From a virus (lineage: Duplodnaviria > Caudoviricetes), in the IMG/VR virus record IMGVR_UViG_3300017653_000009, positions 1-27,357 of that record: 27,357 bases of DNA; one strand, 5' to 3'. Numbering within the stretch: the stretch's first letter is position 1; each line of letters begins with the position of its first letter. Made by a program: the position numbers and the translations under genes. The notes under the pieces were generated by a model. The model was not told the DNA's origin. It made no database searches and saw nothing but the letters and a program-made list of their open reading frames with translations. This document shows positions 18,601 to 26,493 of the stretch, in pieces.

Positions 18601-18914
18601 TCGATATCAACTCGCCTTCAAGGGTTACGATGGAGCTTGGTGAGTGGACAGGCATCGGACTGGCAGAGGGAATCGAGGGCTCACTCGATGCCGTGAAAAA
18701 GGCGACAGCTACTGTAGCTGGTGCGGCAATGCCAGACCTATCTGCCGTCGCTGCTTCTCCGGCGGCTGTTGCTAGCAGCGGAAATAGTACGGTTATTAAC
18801 CTTAAAATCAGCGGTAATAGTTTTAATGGCCCATCTGACGAGGATAGGCTTGTCTCGAAAATCAGTCGCATGCTGGCTAAGGATTTTGGTCTATCAACTG
18901 GAGGCGTGTTCTAA
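15690..18914 (+). CDS. Tape measure protein (TP901 family)
   Basis: 1074 aa helical, Ala-rich protein; AAIDFESAFAGVRKT core; C-terminal ALDINSPSRV. Confidence 0.96.
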   Translation: MADNIEVGDLVARISFDDTGLNKSMAEINRQMKLVESEFGKASTALKGYGSTEEQLKAKTDALNQQMQLQQQKINKLNESLQDSAATKGADAAETQRLATELNKAQTVYNKLETELDGVNKELEEQRKQAELAANPWKKLGNELENAGAKMTKVGDKMKSIGSSLSLKVTAPIVALSTLSAKAAIDFESAFAGVRKTVDATEEEFAVLESGIRKMSKEMPAAATEIAAVAESAGQLGIAKENILEFSEVMIGLGEATNLSAEEAATQLARFANITQMSQGDFDKLGSSLVALGNNMATTEGEIVAMSLRLAAQGKQIGMSEAQITALAATMSSLGIEAEAGGTAMTTILKKIQSAVGEGGKELDDFAVAARMSSHDFTKAFKSDPVKALDVFVKGLSQSSSEGQNLTSILSKLGISGIRESDTLLRMAGAADLLSAAVETSTDAWRENTALTNEVAQRYGTTESKLKMFKNQVTDLAIQIGDILLPIIMDIVKAIQPWVEKFAAMDKSSQKVILAIAGIAAAIGPVIVVIGSLISSIGTIVSLFGTLSAAIATAGGASAVLSAAFTAMTGPIGLVVAAVAALTVGGIALYKHLKKDAIPEIQRFGDEVSESTQQAVGAFFDLNDKATLALNELTWAGKTVTKEMSAELINTFDAMGDQIIAGMEADHAKQLETLEQFFANSSALTDEEEAAALEQVRKGQEERAQAINEGQARIAEIMNMASEERRALTRNETAEITRIQQAMVDTGIAVLSENELEQRAIMERMNANASTLSAIQAAEVVRNSVAQRDGAIAAAEEQYNDVIKEIIRQRDEVGAISAEQAARLIEDAQRQRDETVNLAQQMHDNILTAAKEKSGEHIDLIDWETGEVLKKWEEYRNKLQGWQDKIDKFFIDAWNGIVKSIKDKTTEIVNNVKEHFENIVTYLKELPEKMKNLGIDIIQGLINGISSMMNNIKDKVKEVAGSITNGIKKALDINSPSRVTMELGEWTGIGLAEGIEGSLDAVKKATATVAGAAMPDLSAVAASPAAVASSGNSTVINLKISGNSFNGPSDEDRLVSKISRMLAKDFGLSTGGVF

Positions 18915-20314
18915 TGGATAAACAGCGAACTTCGATTATGGTCACGCCTCCAAATGGTACCGCGTATCAGATTAGGTTATATGACAGTGTGTCCGTTCGG
19001 CACAGCTCATCTGACCGGTCCGGAGAATACAGCATCACGATGCGTAATAATAATAGCAATCTGATCGATTCTTTTCCCATCGGGTCAGATGTGCAAATCA
19101 ACCAAGATGGTTATGAGTTTCGGGGCTGGGTGCTTAACCCTGCCAAGGCTTTGGACGCAAATATCAGATCCATACAACTCGATGGGCCAGACTACACAGC
19201 CCGCACAAAGAAAATAATCGTCACAGAAAGTTTCGCGGGCGAGCGGGTTGATTTTATCGTCAATAAGCTTTTTACCGACTATGTGCCTTGGGCGTCAAAT
19301 CTTGCTATAGAGGATTGCCCCACAGTCATCTCCATACGCTTTGGAGATGTTTTTTTATGGGATGCGATGGAGCAAATATGCCAGATCGTTGGCTATGAGT
19401 GGTTTATCGATCACACGCTTAAGGTTAACTTTTTTAAGCCGGGCGGGCGTATTAATCCAAACATAATTAAGACAGGCAACTTCAAACGCGGCACAGCATC
19501 GCTCAAGCCCGACAGCAGCAAGTTGGTCAATCGTTTATGGGTAAAAGGCGGTAAAGCCTTGTCGGACAATTATTCGCAGCCTATTACAGTTGGCAGCACA
19601 CCCATACCACTTTACTATACACCGCGAGCTACCACGGAGGGTGTTATCGTGATTGTCGACGGAGTGCAGAGGTCAGTAGGCATTCAAAATATCACGCCGA
19701 TTGGAACGACTGACTTTCTGCTTAACTTTTCTGAAAAGCTGCTCATTCCGGATCTCCTTACGAGCGGTACCGGTACTATTACGTATCGCTATGAATACCC
19801 GATAAAGCTGCTCCTAGAAGAACCAAATTCGCAAGAGAAATACGGTATATTCGAGGACATCTATACAGTGAACACTACTGACCGTGAAATCGCTTTGGAG
19901 ATCGGGCTGCGGTACCTTGGCAAGTACAGCCAGCCTGTTATGACTGGCAGCATCGAACCATTCCGCGGTGTTTACCGAGCGGGCGAAGTCGTTAAAGTGG
20001 AGGTTCCTGAGCTAAATGTTGATAGCTATCTGCAGATTAGAGAAGTCTCCTATGCATCTCAGGCAAACACAGGCGTTGTATCAAGACGACTGGAACTCGA
20101 GAGCCCGGAGCGAACCTTAACTAATGTCCTTAAGTCCTTAGACCGCCGTCTTTCAAACCTTGAGGGCGGTGGCAATGACGATGATCCAGTCGAGCGATTT
20201 ATTGCGACAGTTGATGAGGGCTTCGGATGGAAGGAGACCTCGGCCACAACGGTTAACGCCTGCCCAATCCCTTCTGAAAATCTTTACCCATCGGAGGTTT
20301 TATACCCATGCTGA
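18914..20314 (+). CDS. Minor tail/baseplate hub protein
   Basis: Follows the tape measure gene; beta-rich; SQEKYGIFE and GEVVKV-VPELNVD hub-like motifs. Confidence 0.75.
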   Translation: MDKQRTSIMVTPPNGTAYQIRLYDSVSVRHSSSDRSGEYSITMRNNNSNLIDSFPIGSDVQINQDGYEFRGWVLNPAKALDANIRSIQLDGPDYTARTKKIIVTESFAGERVDFIVNKLFTDYVPWASNLAIEDCPTVISIRFGDVFLWDAMEQICQIVGYEWFIDHTLKVNFFKPGGRINPNIIKTGNFKRGTASLKPDSSKLVNRLWVKGGKALSDNYSQPITVGSTPIPLYYTPRATTEGVIVIVDGVQRSVGIQNITPIGTTDFLLNFSEKLLIPDLLTSGTGTITYRYEYPIKLLLEEPNSQEKYGIFEDIYTVNTTDREIALEIGLRYLGKYSQPVMTGSIEPFRGVYRAGEVVKVEVPELNVDSYLQIREVSYASQANTGVVSRRLELESPERTLTNVLKSLDRRLSNLEGGGNDDDPVERFIATVDEGFGWKETSATTVNACPIPSENLYPSEVLYPC

Positions 20315-20787
20315 CAAATGAATCGACCGGCTGGATTGGAAAATGGGAAGTCATCATAAACGACATCGCCGGGAACGAGATCGAGCGAACAGAGGTCAGG
20401 CCGAATATGATTATGGACGCCGGGCTCAACATGATGCGGGATCTTTTATCCGGGGCTATAACGGATGGTGAAATTAAGTATGTCGCTTTGGGCGACGGCA
20501 GTGCGCCTACTGCGGCCGGACAAGTAGCTCTGCAAAATGAGCGTTTTCGAAAAATTGTGACCGCTCAGTCCAACGATACGCAGCCCGGCAAACTATTTAC
20601 TGATCTATTTGTTGCCGATTTTGAAGCTAATAACTTTGAGTGTCAGGAGATCGGATGGTTTGCGGGAGCTGGCTCCACTACAACGTCCGGCAGCGGCATA
20701 ATGGTCGCTCGTGTGCTTTACCATAGGCAAAAGACAAACTTAGAAAGCTGGACGATCCGGCGCACAGATACGATAACGAGGGGGTGA
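20308..20787 (+). CDS. Baseplate/tail-fibre attachment protein
   Basis: NMIMDAGLN..YVALGDG..LQNERFRK..EIGWFAG..ARVL pattern seen in tail-fibre proximal domains. Confidence 0.7.
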   Translation: MLTNESTGWIGKWEVIINDIAGNEIERTEVRPNMIMDAGLNMMRDLLSGAITDGEIKYVALGDGSAPTAAGQVALQNERFRKIVTAQSNDTQPGKLFTDLFVADFEANNFECQEIGWFAGAGSTTTSGSGIMVARVLYHRQKTNLESWTIRRTDTITRG

Positions 20788-20794
20788 TCACGGT

Positions 20795-21478
20795 ATGGCT
20801 TATATTAAAACTGCTTGGAATAACGGGGCGGCGCCGGGTATCAGCGCAGAGAAGCTTAATAAAATTGAGAAGGGGATAGAAGATGCTCATACCCTAGCTG
20901 ATACAGCTCAAGGGTCTATCAACACACATATCTTGGATACAGCTCCTCATGGAGCTACAAGTGCACCTACGGCCAGCAGGTTAATGCTTAGGGATGCTAA
21001 CGGACGCGCTCAAGCTGCTTCTCCTTCCGCTGCAGGCGATGTGGCTACAAAGGGTTATGTTGATACTGCAGATGCGTTGAAAGCTCCGTTAGCAAGCCCT
21101 GCCCTGACTGGCACCCCTACCGCACCAACTGCTGCAGCCTCTACGAATAACACTCAAATTGCCACGACAGCCTTCGCCCAAAGCGTTGCAGCAAATGCGA
21201 GGCCATATGCCTCAGGAACGTACACTGGAAACGGGGCTGCATCCCGAATAATATCCCTGCCTTTTACCCCTGCAGCGGTTTTTGTAGTTTCTAAAAACGG
21301 TACAATGCGCGATGTGGGTGGTTCTATGTATGGTGGATTAGCTGTGACAGGGTCAGATGTCAATAATGGTAGCGGTGCGGCTCTGTCAACTACAACAAGC
21401 GGCTTTATAGTTTATGCGGGATCGCAAGCAGCTACTAATCAAAATGGCGGGACTTATCACTATATCGCTTTTAGATAG
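20795..21478 (+). CDS. Tail fibre/receptor-binding protein
   Basis: AYIKTAW..SAEKLNKIEKGI N-terminus; KAPLASPALTGTPTAPT..QIATTAF fibre repeat; GTYTGNG..YHYIAFR tip. Confidence 0.85.
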   Translation: MAYIKTAWNNGAAPGISAEKLNKIEKGIEDAHTLADTAQGSINTHILDTAPHGATSAPTASRLMLRDANGRAQAASPSAAGDVATKGYVDTADALKAPLASPALTGTPTAPTAAASTNNTQIATTAFAQSVAANARPYASGTYTGNGAASRIISLPFTPAAVFVVSKNGTMRDVGGSMYGGLAVTGSDVNNGSGAALSTTTSGFIVYAGSQAATNQNGGTYHYIAFR

Positions 21479-21489
21479 GAGGGCAAATT

Positions 21490-21924
21490 ATGATTGTACA
21501 TGCAGACGGTAGTTGGGAGCGCGCCGAATGGCATACAGCTGAGACATATCCCAACAGCTACTTTATTGATGAGTCAACGGATGACGGCAAGGCGCTTGCC
21601 GATAAGATAGCAGCTACCCGATATTACGACCTTCTTTTCGCAGACAATGAGCTGGTTGATATCATCGAAAGAGAACCGACAGCCGAAGAGATCGAAGCCA
21701 GCAAGCCACAAAAGTCCGCTGGACAGATTCACATTGAGCAGCTTGAGGACGAATCAGCCATGCTTTCCCTCGAGCTAATTAATACACAAATACGGCAGGA
21801 GCAGACAGAGGCGGAGGCGGCTATGCTAGCGCTCGAATTAATTAATACGCAAATCCGGCTTGAACAAGCAGAGACAGAGCAAGCTAATTTGCTGCTTGAG
21901 CTTGTAGGCAAGGGGGTGCTATAA
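21490..21924 (+). CDS. Tail fibre assembly protein (XkdW-like position) with duplicated coiled coil
   Basis: AGGAGGG RBS; lies between the fibre and XkdX genes; 21-aa tandem repeat. Confidence 0.7.
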   Translation: MIVHADGSWERAEWHTAETYPNSYFIDESTDDGKALADKIAATRYYDLLFADNELVDIIEREPTAEEIEASKPQKSAGQIHIEQLEDESAMLSLELINTQIRQEQTEAEAAMLALELINTQIRLEQAETEQANLLLELVGKGVL

Positions 21925-21925
21925 A

Positions 21926-22063
21926 ATGGATTGGTACGCAATTGTAAAACGTCATTACGATGCAGGTCGCTACAATAACGAAAATGTAGCGACCTTTGTT
22001 GTTGGCAACAAAATCACAACCGGGCAGTATGAAACGATTACCGGGGAGGCATATGGAGGATGA
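21926..22063 (+). CDS. xkdX: XkdX family protein (45 aa)
   Basis: MDWYAIVKRHYDAGRYNNENVATFVVGNKITTGQYETITGEAY; AAGGGGGTG RBS. Not in the ORF track. Confidence 0.88.
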   Translation: MDWYAIVKRHYDAGRYNNENVATFVVGNKITTGQYETITGEAYGG

Positions 22064-23070
22064 ATGAAAAGGAATTAGTTTACTGCCGCGTCGATCAATG
22101 GCGAGCTGCTGGCTATACTGGAAAAGGCATAAAGGTTGCCGTCCACGAGGTGGCGGGGACAACAGTACGAAACCTTCCTAGATATGCTGGGAAGGTTTTT
22201 GATGTTCATGGAGGCCGTTTCGGAAGCAACAATGATACCCATATGCAGGGCGTTATCGATTACATCCTAGCAGTCGCACCCGATGTCGAGATCTATCTGC
22301 TTAGCGGCACAGTGCCGCAAAACCTACAGTATTGCATTGACAACGGCATCGATCTCTACAATTACTCGCAGGATGGTGGATGGTACAATTCAACCGATAA
22401 TGCGCTCGAGGCTGCGGCCATGGCAGCCGGCACGGTGTTTGTTTGCTCGGCTGGTAACAGCGGCTCGGCTGGCCTCAGTACACAATCCCGTAAGCCTAAC
22501 TGGATAAGCGTAGCTGCTGCCAAGTGGATGCTGTGGCAGGGCGTCGAGGGGCCGCAATGGTGCAGCTACTCCTCTTATGACGCTTACGGCGATCATCTCG
22601 ATACTGTTGGCTTTAGCGATGGGGTGATGATTCCTTCCGAGAGTAGCGGCGGTTTTAGATCCGATAGCGGCACATCGTTTGCGTTACCTTGGGTTGTAGG
22701 GTTACTAGCTTTGTACAAGCAGCGTTTTTATGAGCAGCACAAGCGTAAGCCGTCATTTGATGAGGTATTTAATTTCGTCAAGGATAACTCGGAGGATATG
22801 GAAGCGCCTGGGTACGACCAGCGGACAGGCTGGGGGCTGCTGCGGCTGCCTGAGATTACTGTAGAGCCTGTTAAGCCTGCTGGCGATATCTTGGAGCTTT
22901 GGATTGGCTCGTCAGTCGCGAAGCGTAACGGCGTGCCTGTAGCCTTGCAAGCACCTCCAATTTTGTCCCAGTGGCGAACACTAGTGAGCGTACGGGATAT
23001 AGGGGAGCTTTTTGGTTGCTCGGTTGATTGGAATCAAGATGAGAAAAAGATAACGATAATCAAGGGGTGA
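22060..23070 (+). CDS. S8 (subtilisin-like) serine protease with C-terminal copper-amine-oxidase-N/stalk-like domain
   Basis: GYTGKGIKVAV, SAGN, SGTSFALP and GYD..TGWG motifs; C-terminal APPI..RTLVSVR-IGE-FG-SVDW..ITI. Confidence 0.88.
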   Translation: MNEKELVYCRVDQWRAAGYTGKGIKVAVHEVAGTTVRNLPRYAGKVFDVHGGRFGSNNDTHMQGVIDYILAVAPDVEIYLLSGTVPQNLQYCIDNGIDLYNYSQDGGWYNSTDNALEAAAMAAGTVFVCSAGNSGSAGLSTQSRKPNWISVAAAKWMLWQGVEGPQWCSYSSYDAYGDHLDTVGFSDGVMIPSESSGGFRSDSGTSFALPWVVGLLALYKQRFYEQHKRKPSFDEVFNFVKDNSEDMEAPGYDQRTGWGLLRLPEITVEPVKPAGDILELWIGSSVAKRNGVPVALQAPPILSQWRTLVSVRDIGELFGCSVDWNQDEKKITIIKG

Positions 23071-23076
23071 GGAGCT

Positions 23077-23328
23077 GTGCAGGACATGCAAACTGAGATA
23101 TTGCAAAGGTTGACCAAAGTAGAAACAGTAGTAGACAGCATGGATGAGAAGCTTGATCGAGCTATCAATGCGAACGAAACAGCTGTACAAGCCCTCGAAC
23201 AAGCCAAGTCAGCGCACCACCGGCTTAATAAGATTGAAGATAATCAGCGCTGGTTATGGCGCACGCTAGTAGGCGCGGTGTTAGTGGCTGCAGCAGGCTT
23301 TGTTTTAGCTGGCGGGCTAGTAAATTAA
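23077..23328 (+). CDS. XhlA-like holin/hemolysin
   Basis: Coiled coil followed by AHHRL-KIEDNQRWLWR and one C-terminal TM helix. Confidence 0.85.
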   Translation: MQDMQTEILQRLTKVETVVDSMDEKLDRAINANETAVQALEQAKSAHHRLNKIEDNQRWLWRTLVGAVLVAAAGFVLAGGLVN

Positions 23329-23337
23329 TAGGAGAGG

Positions 23338-23565
23338 ATGATTAAGATGACCAATTGGAAACGTAAACTAGCAAGTCGTAAGTTTTGGGCGCTGGTGGCC
23401 GCTATGGCTACCAGCGTTATTGTTTTAGTGGGAGCCGGCGAAGAGGTTGCTGTGAAGGTTACAAGTCTTATCACGGCAGCGGGCAGCGTTGTTGCTTATA
23501 TCTTTGCCGAAGCTCATGTCGACGCGCAAGGATACGGCAGCGAGGATGAGAGCGATGTCGGTTAA
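23338..23565 (+). CDS. Holin (2 TM)
   Basis: NWKRKLASRKFW..two hydrophobic helices..YIFAEA-VD; directly upstream of the endolysin. Confidence 0.85.
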   Translation: MIKMTNWKRKLASRKFWALVAAMATSVIVLVGAGEEVAVKVTSLITAAGSVVAYIFAEAHVDAQGYGSEDESDVG

Positions 23566-24334
23566 ATATATTATCGACCATATCCCTAAAAATACGGCGT
23601 ACAACCGCCGTCCGGGGTATTCGATGGCTGCGACAACGATCACTATTCACAACACCGGCAACGTGTCGAGCTCGGCTAAAGGGGAAAGAGGTAACCTAAC
23701 CAACCCGGCAAATGCTCGTACAGCCAGCTTTCATATCGTCGTCGATGAACACGGAGCAATCGAGTGCATACCGCTTAACGAAAATGCTTGGCATGCCGGC
23801 GACGGCAGCGGCGTAGCAAGTGGCAACCGTACCAGCATCGGTATCGAGATATGCGAGAGCGGCGATTATGCCAAGACACTGGACAGCGTTGTCCAATTGG
23901 TTGCTGACATGCTGCGGGAGCGTGGTTGGGGCGTGGATAGGCTACGCCGGCACTATGACTGGAGCGGTAAGATTTGCCCGCGCTTGATGTACAACAGTGG
24001 CAGCTGGGCGGACTGGCAGGAGTTTAAACAGCGTGTAGTCGATAAAATGGAGGAGGGTGAGCCAATGACGGCTGAAGAACGCAAAGAAATGGATGATCTA
24101 AAAAAGCAGGTACGCAAACAGAATGAAGAGATTGAAGCCCAAGCAAAAGCACTGGCAGCCGCTGTAGGACGCATAGAGGCACCTACATGGTTTGTGCAGG
24201 AATTTGGGAGTGATGATCTGGGCGGCCTAATGTCTGAGCCTGTTGCAACAAAAGAAGGATGGCGCAATATTGCTCTATCGCTGAGGGCCCAAGGTTTCGG
24301 CAATGGGCGGGGTAAGTGTGTAGATATTAAATAA
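23555..24334 (+). CDS. N-acetylmuramoyl-L-alanine amidase endolysin (Amidase_2, XlyA/CwlA-like)
   Basis: ITIHNTGN, SFHIVVD, AWHAGDG, SIGIEIC and HYDWSGKICP motifs. Confidence 0.95.
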   Translation: MSVKYIIDHIPKNTAYNRRPGYSMAATTITIHNTGNVSSSAKGERGNLTNPANARTASFHIVVDEHGAIECIPLNENAWHAGDGSGVASGNRTSIGIEICESGDYAKTLDSVVQLVADMLRERGWGVDRLRRHYDWSGKICPRLMYNSGSWADWQEFKQRVVDKMEEGEPMTAEERKEMDDLKKQVRKQNEEIEAQAKALAAAVGRIEAPTWFVQEFGSDDLGGLMSEPVATKEGWRNIALSLRAQGFGNGRGKCVDIK

Positions 24335-24341
24335 TAAGATG

Positions 24342-24380
24342 AAGCCCACTGGCCTGATGGTCGGTGGGCTTTATTTGTTT
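24342..24380 (+). terminator. Intrinsic terminator ending the late operon
   Basis: AAGCCCACTGGCC/GGTCGGTGGGCTT stem followed by TATTTGTTT. Confidence 0.85.
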
Positions 24381-24583
24381 ATCCAAACGATTTTATTTTG
24401 ACGTTGCATGCAATATCCATTGAAAAGCTAGAATGTTAAAGGTTTCAGAACATTGTAAGTATTTCATAAGAAAATATTGTAATTTTTTTTTGTTATAGTA
24501 GAATGAACCTAAATACACCTCTATGTTAATAGTAGTTGATTAACAAGAGTAGTGTTTTAATTTGCAGGGGGATAGGTATACAT

Positions 24584-25009
24584 ATGGCTTATGTTTCTAC
24601 TTTTGTTTATAGTGATAGTGTACAAACAGAGTTAGGTCCTAATGGTCCTAAACAAACGATTGTAACTCCTTTAATTCACTTCTCACCAATGTTTATACCC
24701 GGTAATTTCTCTTTCGCAGTTACTTACGGAATAATGGATTTAAGAGAAAACTCAAACCATGAATTACAGTTTATTTTCAAAAGTCCTGTTAATGAGCAAT
24801 TATTAATAGATAGTGGTAATGTACAAATCAACGTTGGTCCAAACCTTACAGGAAACAATATGCCAGAACATGCGCAAGGAGTTATTGTTCAGATGGATTT
24901 TAGAAATATTGCTTTCCGGGTCGAGGGGATATATAAATCAGAAGTGATTCTGAATGGAAAATCATTAGGGGAGTTTCCTATACCAGTTTATGGTAAGGAG
25001 AAACTGTGA
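24584..25009 (+). CDS. Moron protein, beta-sandwich (DUF6941-like)
   Basis: GGGGG/AGGT RBS; AT-rich; C-terminal FRNIAF..EGIYKSEVILNG..LGEFPI pattern. Family assigned by eye. Confidence 0.7.
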   Translation: MAYVSTFVYSDSVQTELGPNGPKQTIVTPLIHFSPMFIPGNFSFAVTYGIMDLRENSNHELQFIFKSPVNEQLLIDSGNVQINVGPNLTGNNMPEHAQGVIVQMDFRNIAFRVEGIYKSEVILNGKSLGEFPIPVYGKEKL

Positions 25010-26037
25010 ACTCATCAGTTGAAATAATTGGTAGTAGTATAATTAAAGTTACAATCCCTTCATCGGACCCTGCACCACAAAATGATATAAAAGAGGTAGA
25101 ATATTCGAGAACTACTAATATATCAGCGCTGAAATCGATAATGATTGTAAGTGCTGTGTCGGGTGCACTTTTATTTGGCTCTGCAGGAGTACAAGCTCAA
25201 ACTGTGAGTAATACAATTACAACATCACAGATCAGTAATAATGTTTCTGGTCATGGCCTTGAAGGGCGTTTGGCTCAGATTAATAGTAGAGGCATAAATT
25301 CAGGAAACTCTCGAAACCGAGAAAATATGCTTGATCAAAAGGGTGTAGTTCAATTCTTTTCTGGGGATCCATTTGCCCCATCTGAAATAATGGATTTTAG
25401 CTATCAAAAAAAGTTCGAGGATGCAGACTCAAGTAAGATCAAGTCGCTTGAACTTTCAGATGCTGTTTCTGTTTCTATTTTCGCGGAATCTGCATACTAT
25501 AAATTAAGCGTGAGCAGTGAAAAGTTGGAAAAAAGGGGGCACAGACTAATGAATCATTCTCCTACTTTTATTCGGCTCTATGCTGATGACTTAACTGATA
25601 CAGTCACCGTTAACCCAATAAAGTTAGGAATCACTGCTGCATTCGCTGCAGTCACTGCTTGGCTTGGTCCTGATGTTCTAGGGCTCATAAATGGTTTGAT
25701 TATATTTGCTCTTGTTGACCTAATCTTAGGAATGATCCCCGGTAATATTAAGCCAGGAGCCGAGAAAGATCAAAAAATACAAGCAAAATTTTTGACGTTT
25801 ATAACGAATTTCTTAAGTATCATTGCGTTCATTAAAGGTAGTGAATATTTAAGGGGCATTTCGGCTGCGCAAGACATTACAACTTTTATAGCAACTGGCC
25901 TTTACTATATAATAATTGCATGGATTTTTTCAACATATACATGGAGAATTGTTGGCTTCGTTGCCAGATCAAATAAAACTAAAGTGCCAAAGATACTTCG
26001 TGACTTGTTCGATAAAGACGTGACTAAAGGTAGTTGA
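25006..26037 (+). CDS. Moron membrane protein with N-terminal hydrophobic helix and C-terminal holin-like multi-TM domain
   Basis: AAGGAG RBS with GTGA overlap; WLG..LINGLIIFALVDLILG resembles phage holin 4-type domains; about 4 C-terminal TM segments. Confidence 0.7.
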   Translation: MNSSVEIIGSSIIKVTIPSSDPAPQNDIKEVEYSRTTNISALKSIMIVSAVSGALLFGSAGVQAQTVSNTITTSQISNNVSGHGLEGRLAQINSRGINSGNSRNRENMLDQKGVVQFFSGDPFAPSEIMDFSYQKKFEDADSSKIKSLELSDAVSVSIFAESAYYKLSVSSEKLEKRGHRLMNHSPTFIRLYADDLTDTVTVNPIKLGITAAFAAVTAWLGPDVLGLINGLIIFALVDLILGMIPGNIKPGAEKDQKIQAKFLTFITNFLSIIAFIKGSEYLRGISAAQDITTFIATGLYYIIIAWIFSTYTWRIVGFVARSNKTKVPKILRDLFDKDVTKGS

Positions 26038-26056
26038 TGTTTCAAGATTTTAATAT

Positions 26057-26080
26057 CCGGCCAATAGGCCGGTTTTTTAT
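26057..26080 (+). terminator. Intrinsic terminator
   Basis: CCGGCC-AATA-GGCCGG-TTTTTT. Confidence 0.88.
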
Positions 26081-26083
26081 TCG

Positions 26084-26127
26084 TTGAAATAAGAACGCTA
26101 GTTCTTATATAATGAGAACAAATGCTC
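26084..26127 (+). promoter_or_regulatory. SigA promoter with two LexA (DinR) boxes
   Basis: TTGAAA-18-TATAAT; GAAC-GCTA-GTTC (26093-26104) and GAAC-AAAT-GCTC (26116-26127) fit the Firmicute GAAC-N4-GTTC box. Confidence 0.85.
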
Positions 26128-26146
26128 TTATTAAGGAGTGGGTAAA

Positions 26147-26416
26147 ATGTTAAAAAATAATAATCGGTTGGACGATAATGCTCGGAGAGTTTTACGAATG
26201 CTGTTTGACTTATATAGAGCCGAAGCGAATAGGCTTGATGTTGATCGGCTTATGAGATTATCAGGAAAGTCAAAAGATATGATAATGCCGGCGATCGAGC
26301 AATTGCTCGAGAAAAGGTATATTATTTGGGATCGTGAGAGCGGAGTAATGCAGGTCTTAATGGTTGATGTTCCAGTCTACCGCTGCCTAAAGAATGCTGG
26401 AGTCATTGCAGTATAA
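26147..26416 (+). CDS. Putative SOS-inducible winged-helix protein
   Basis: AAGGAG RBS; RLMRLSGKS..IEQLLEKRYIIWD wHTH-like pattern. Start is 26138 or 26147. Confidence 0.7.
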   Translation: MLKNNNRLDDNARRVLRMLFDLYRAEANRLDVDRLMRLSGKSKDMIMPAIEQLLEKRYIIWDRESGVMQVLMVDVPVYRCLKNAGVIAV

Positions 26417-26493
26417 TGGGAGCTGCTTATCTTGTTGTCAAAGAACAATCTATGTAAAGGCCAGTGTTGCAACACCAGCTCGTAGCGGAAATT

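Noticed and set aside
20795-21478. Diversity-generating retroelement or invertible tail-fibre cassette
   Set aside because: No reverse transcriptase, template repeat, second fibre tip or adjacent invertase is seen in the window.
7884-24303. Numerous minus-strand and alternate-frame ORFs overlapping structural and lysis genes
   Set aside because: Shadow ORFs of well-supported genes, lacking RBS or recognisable motifs.
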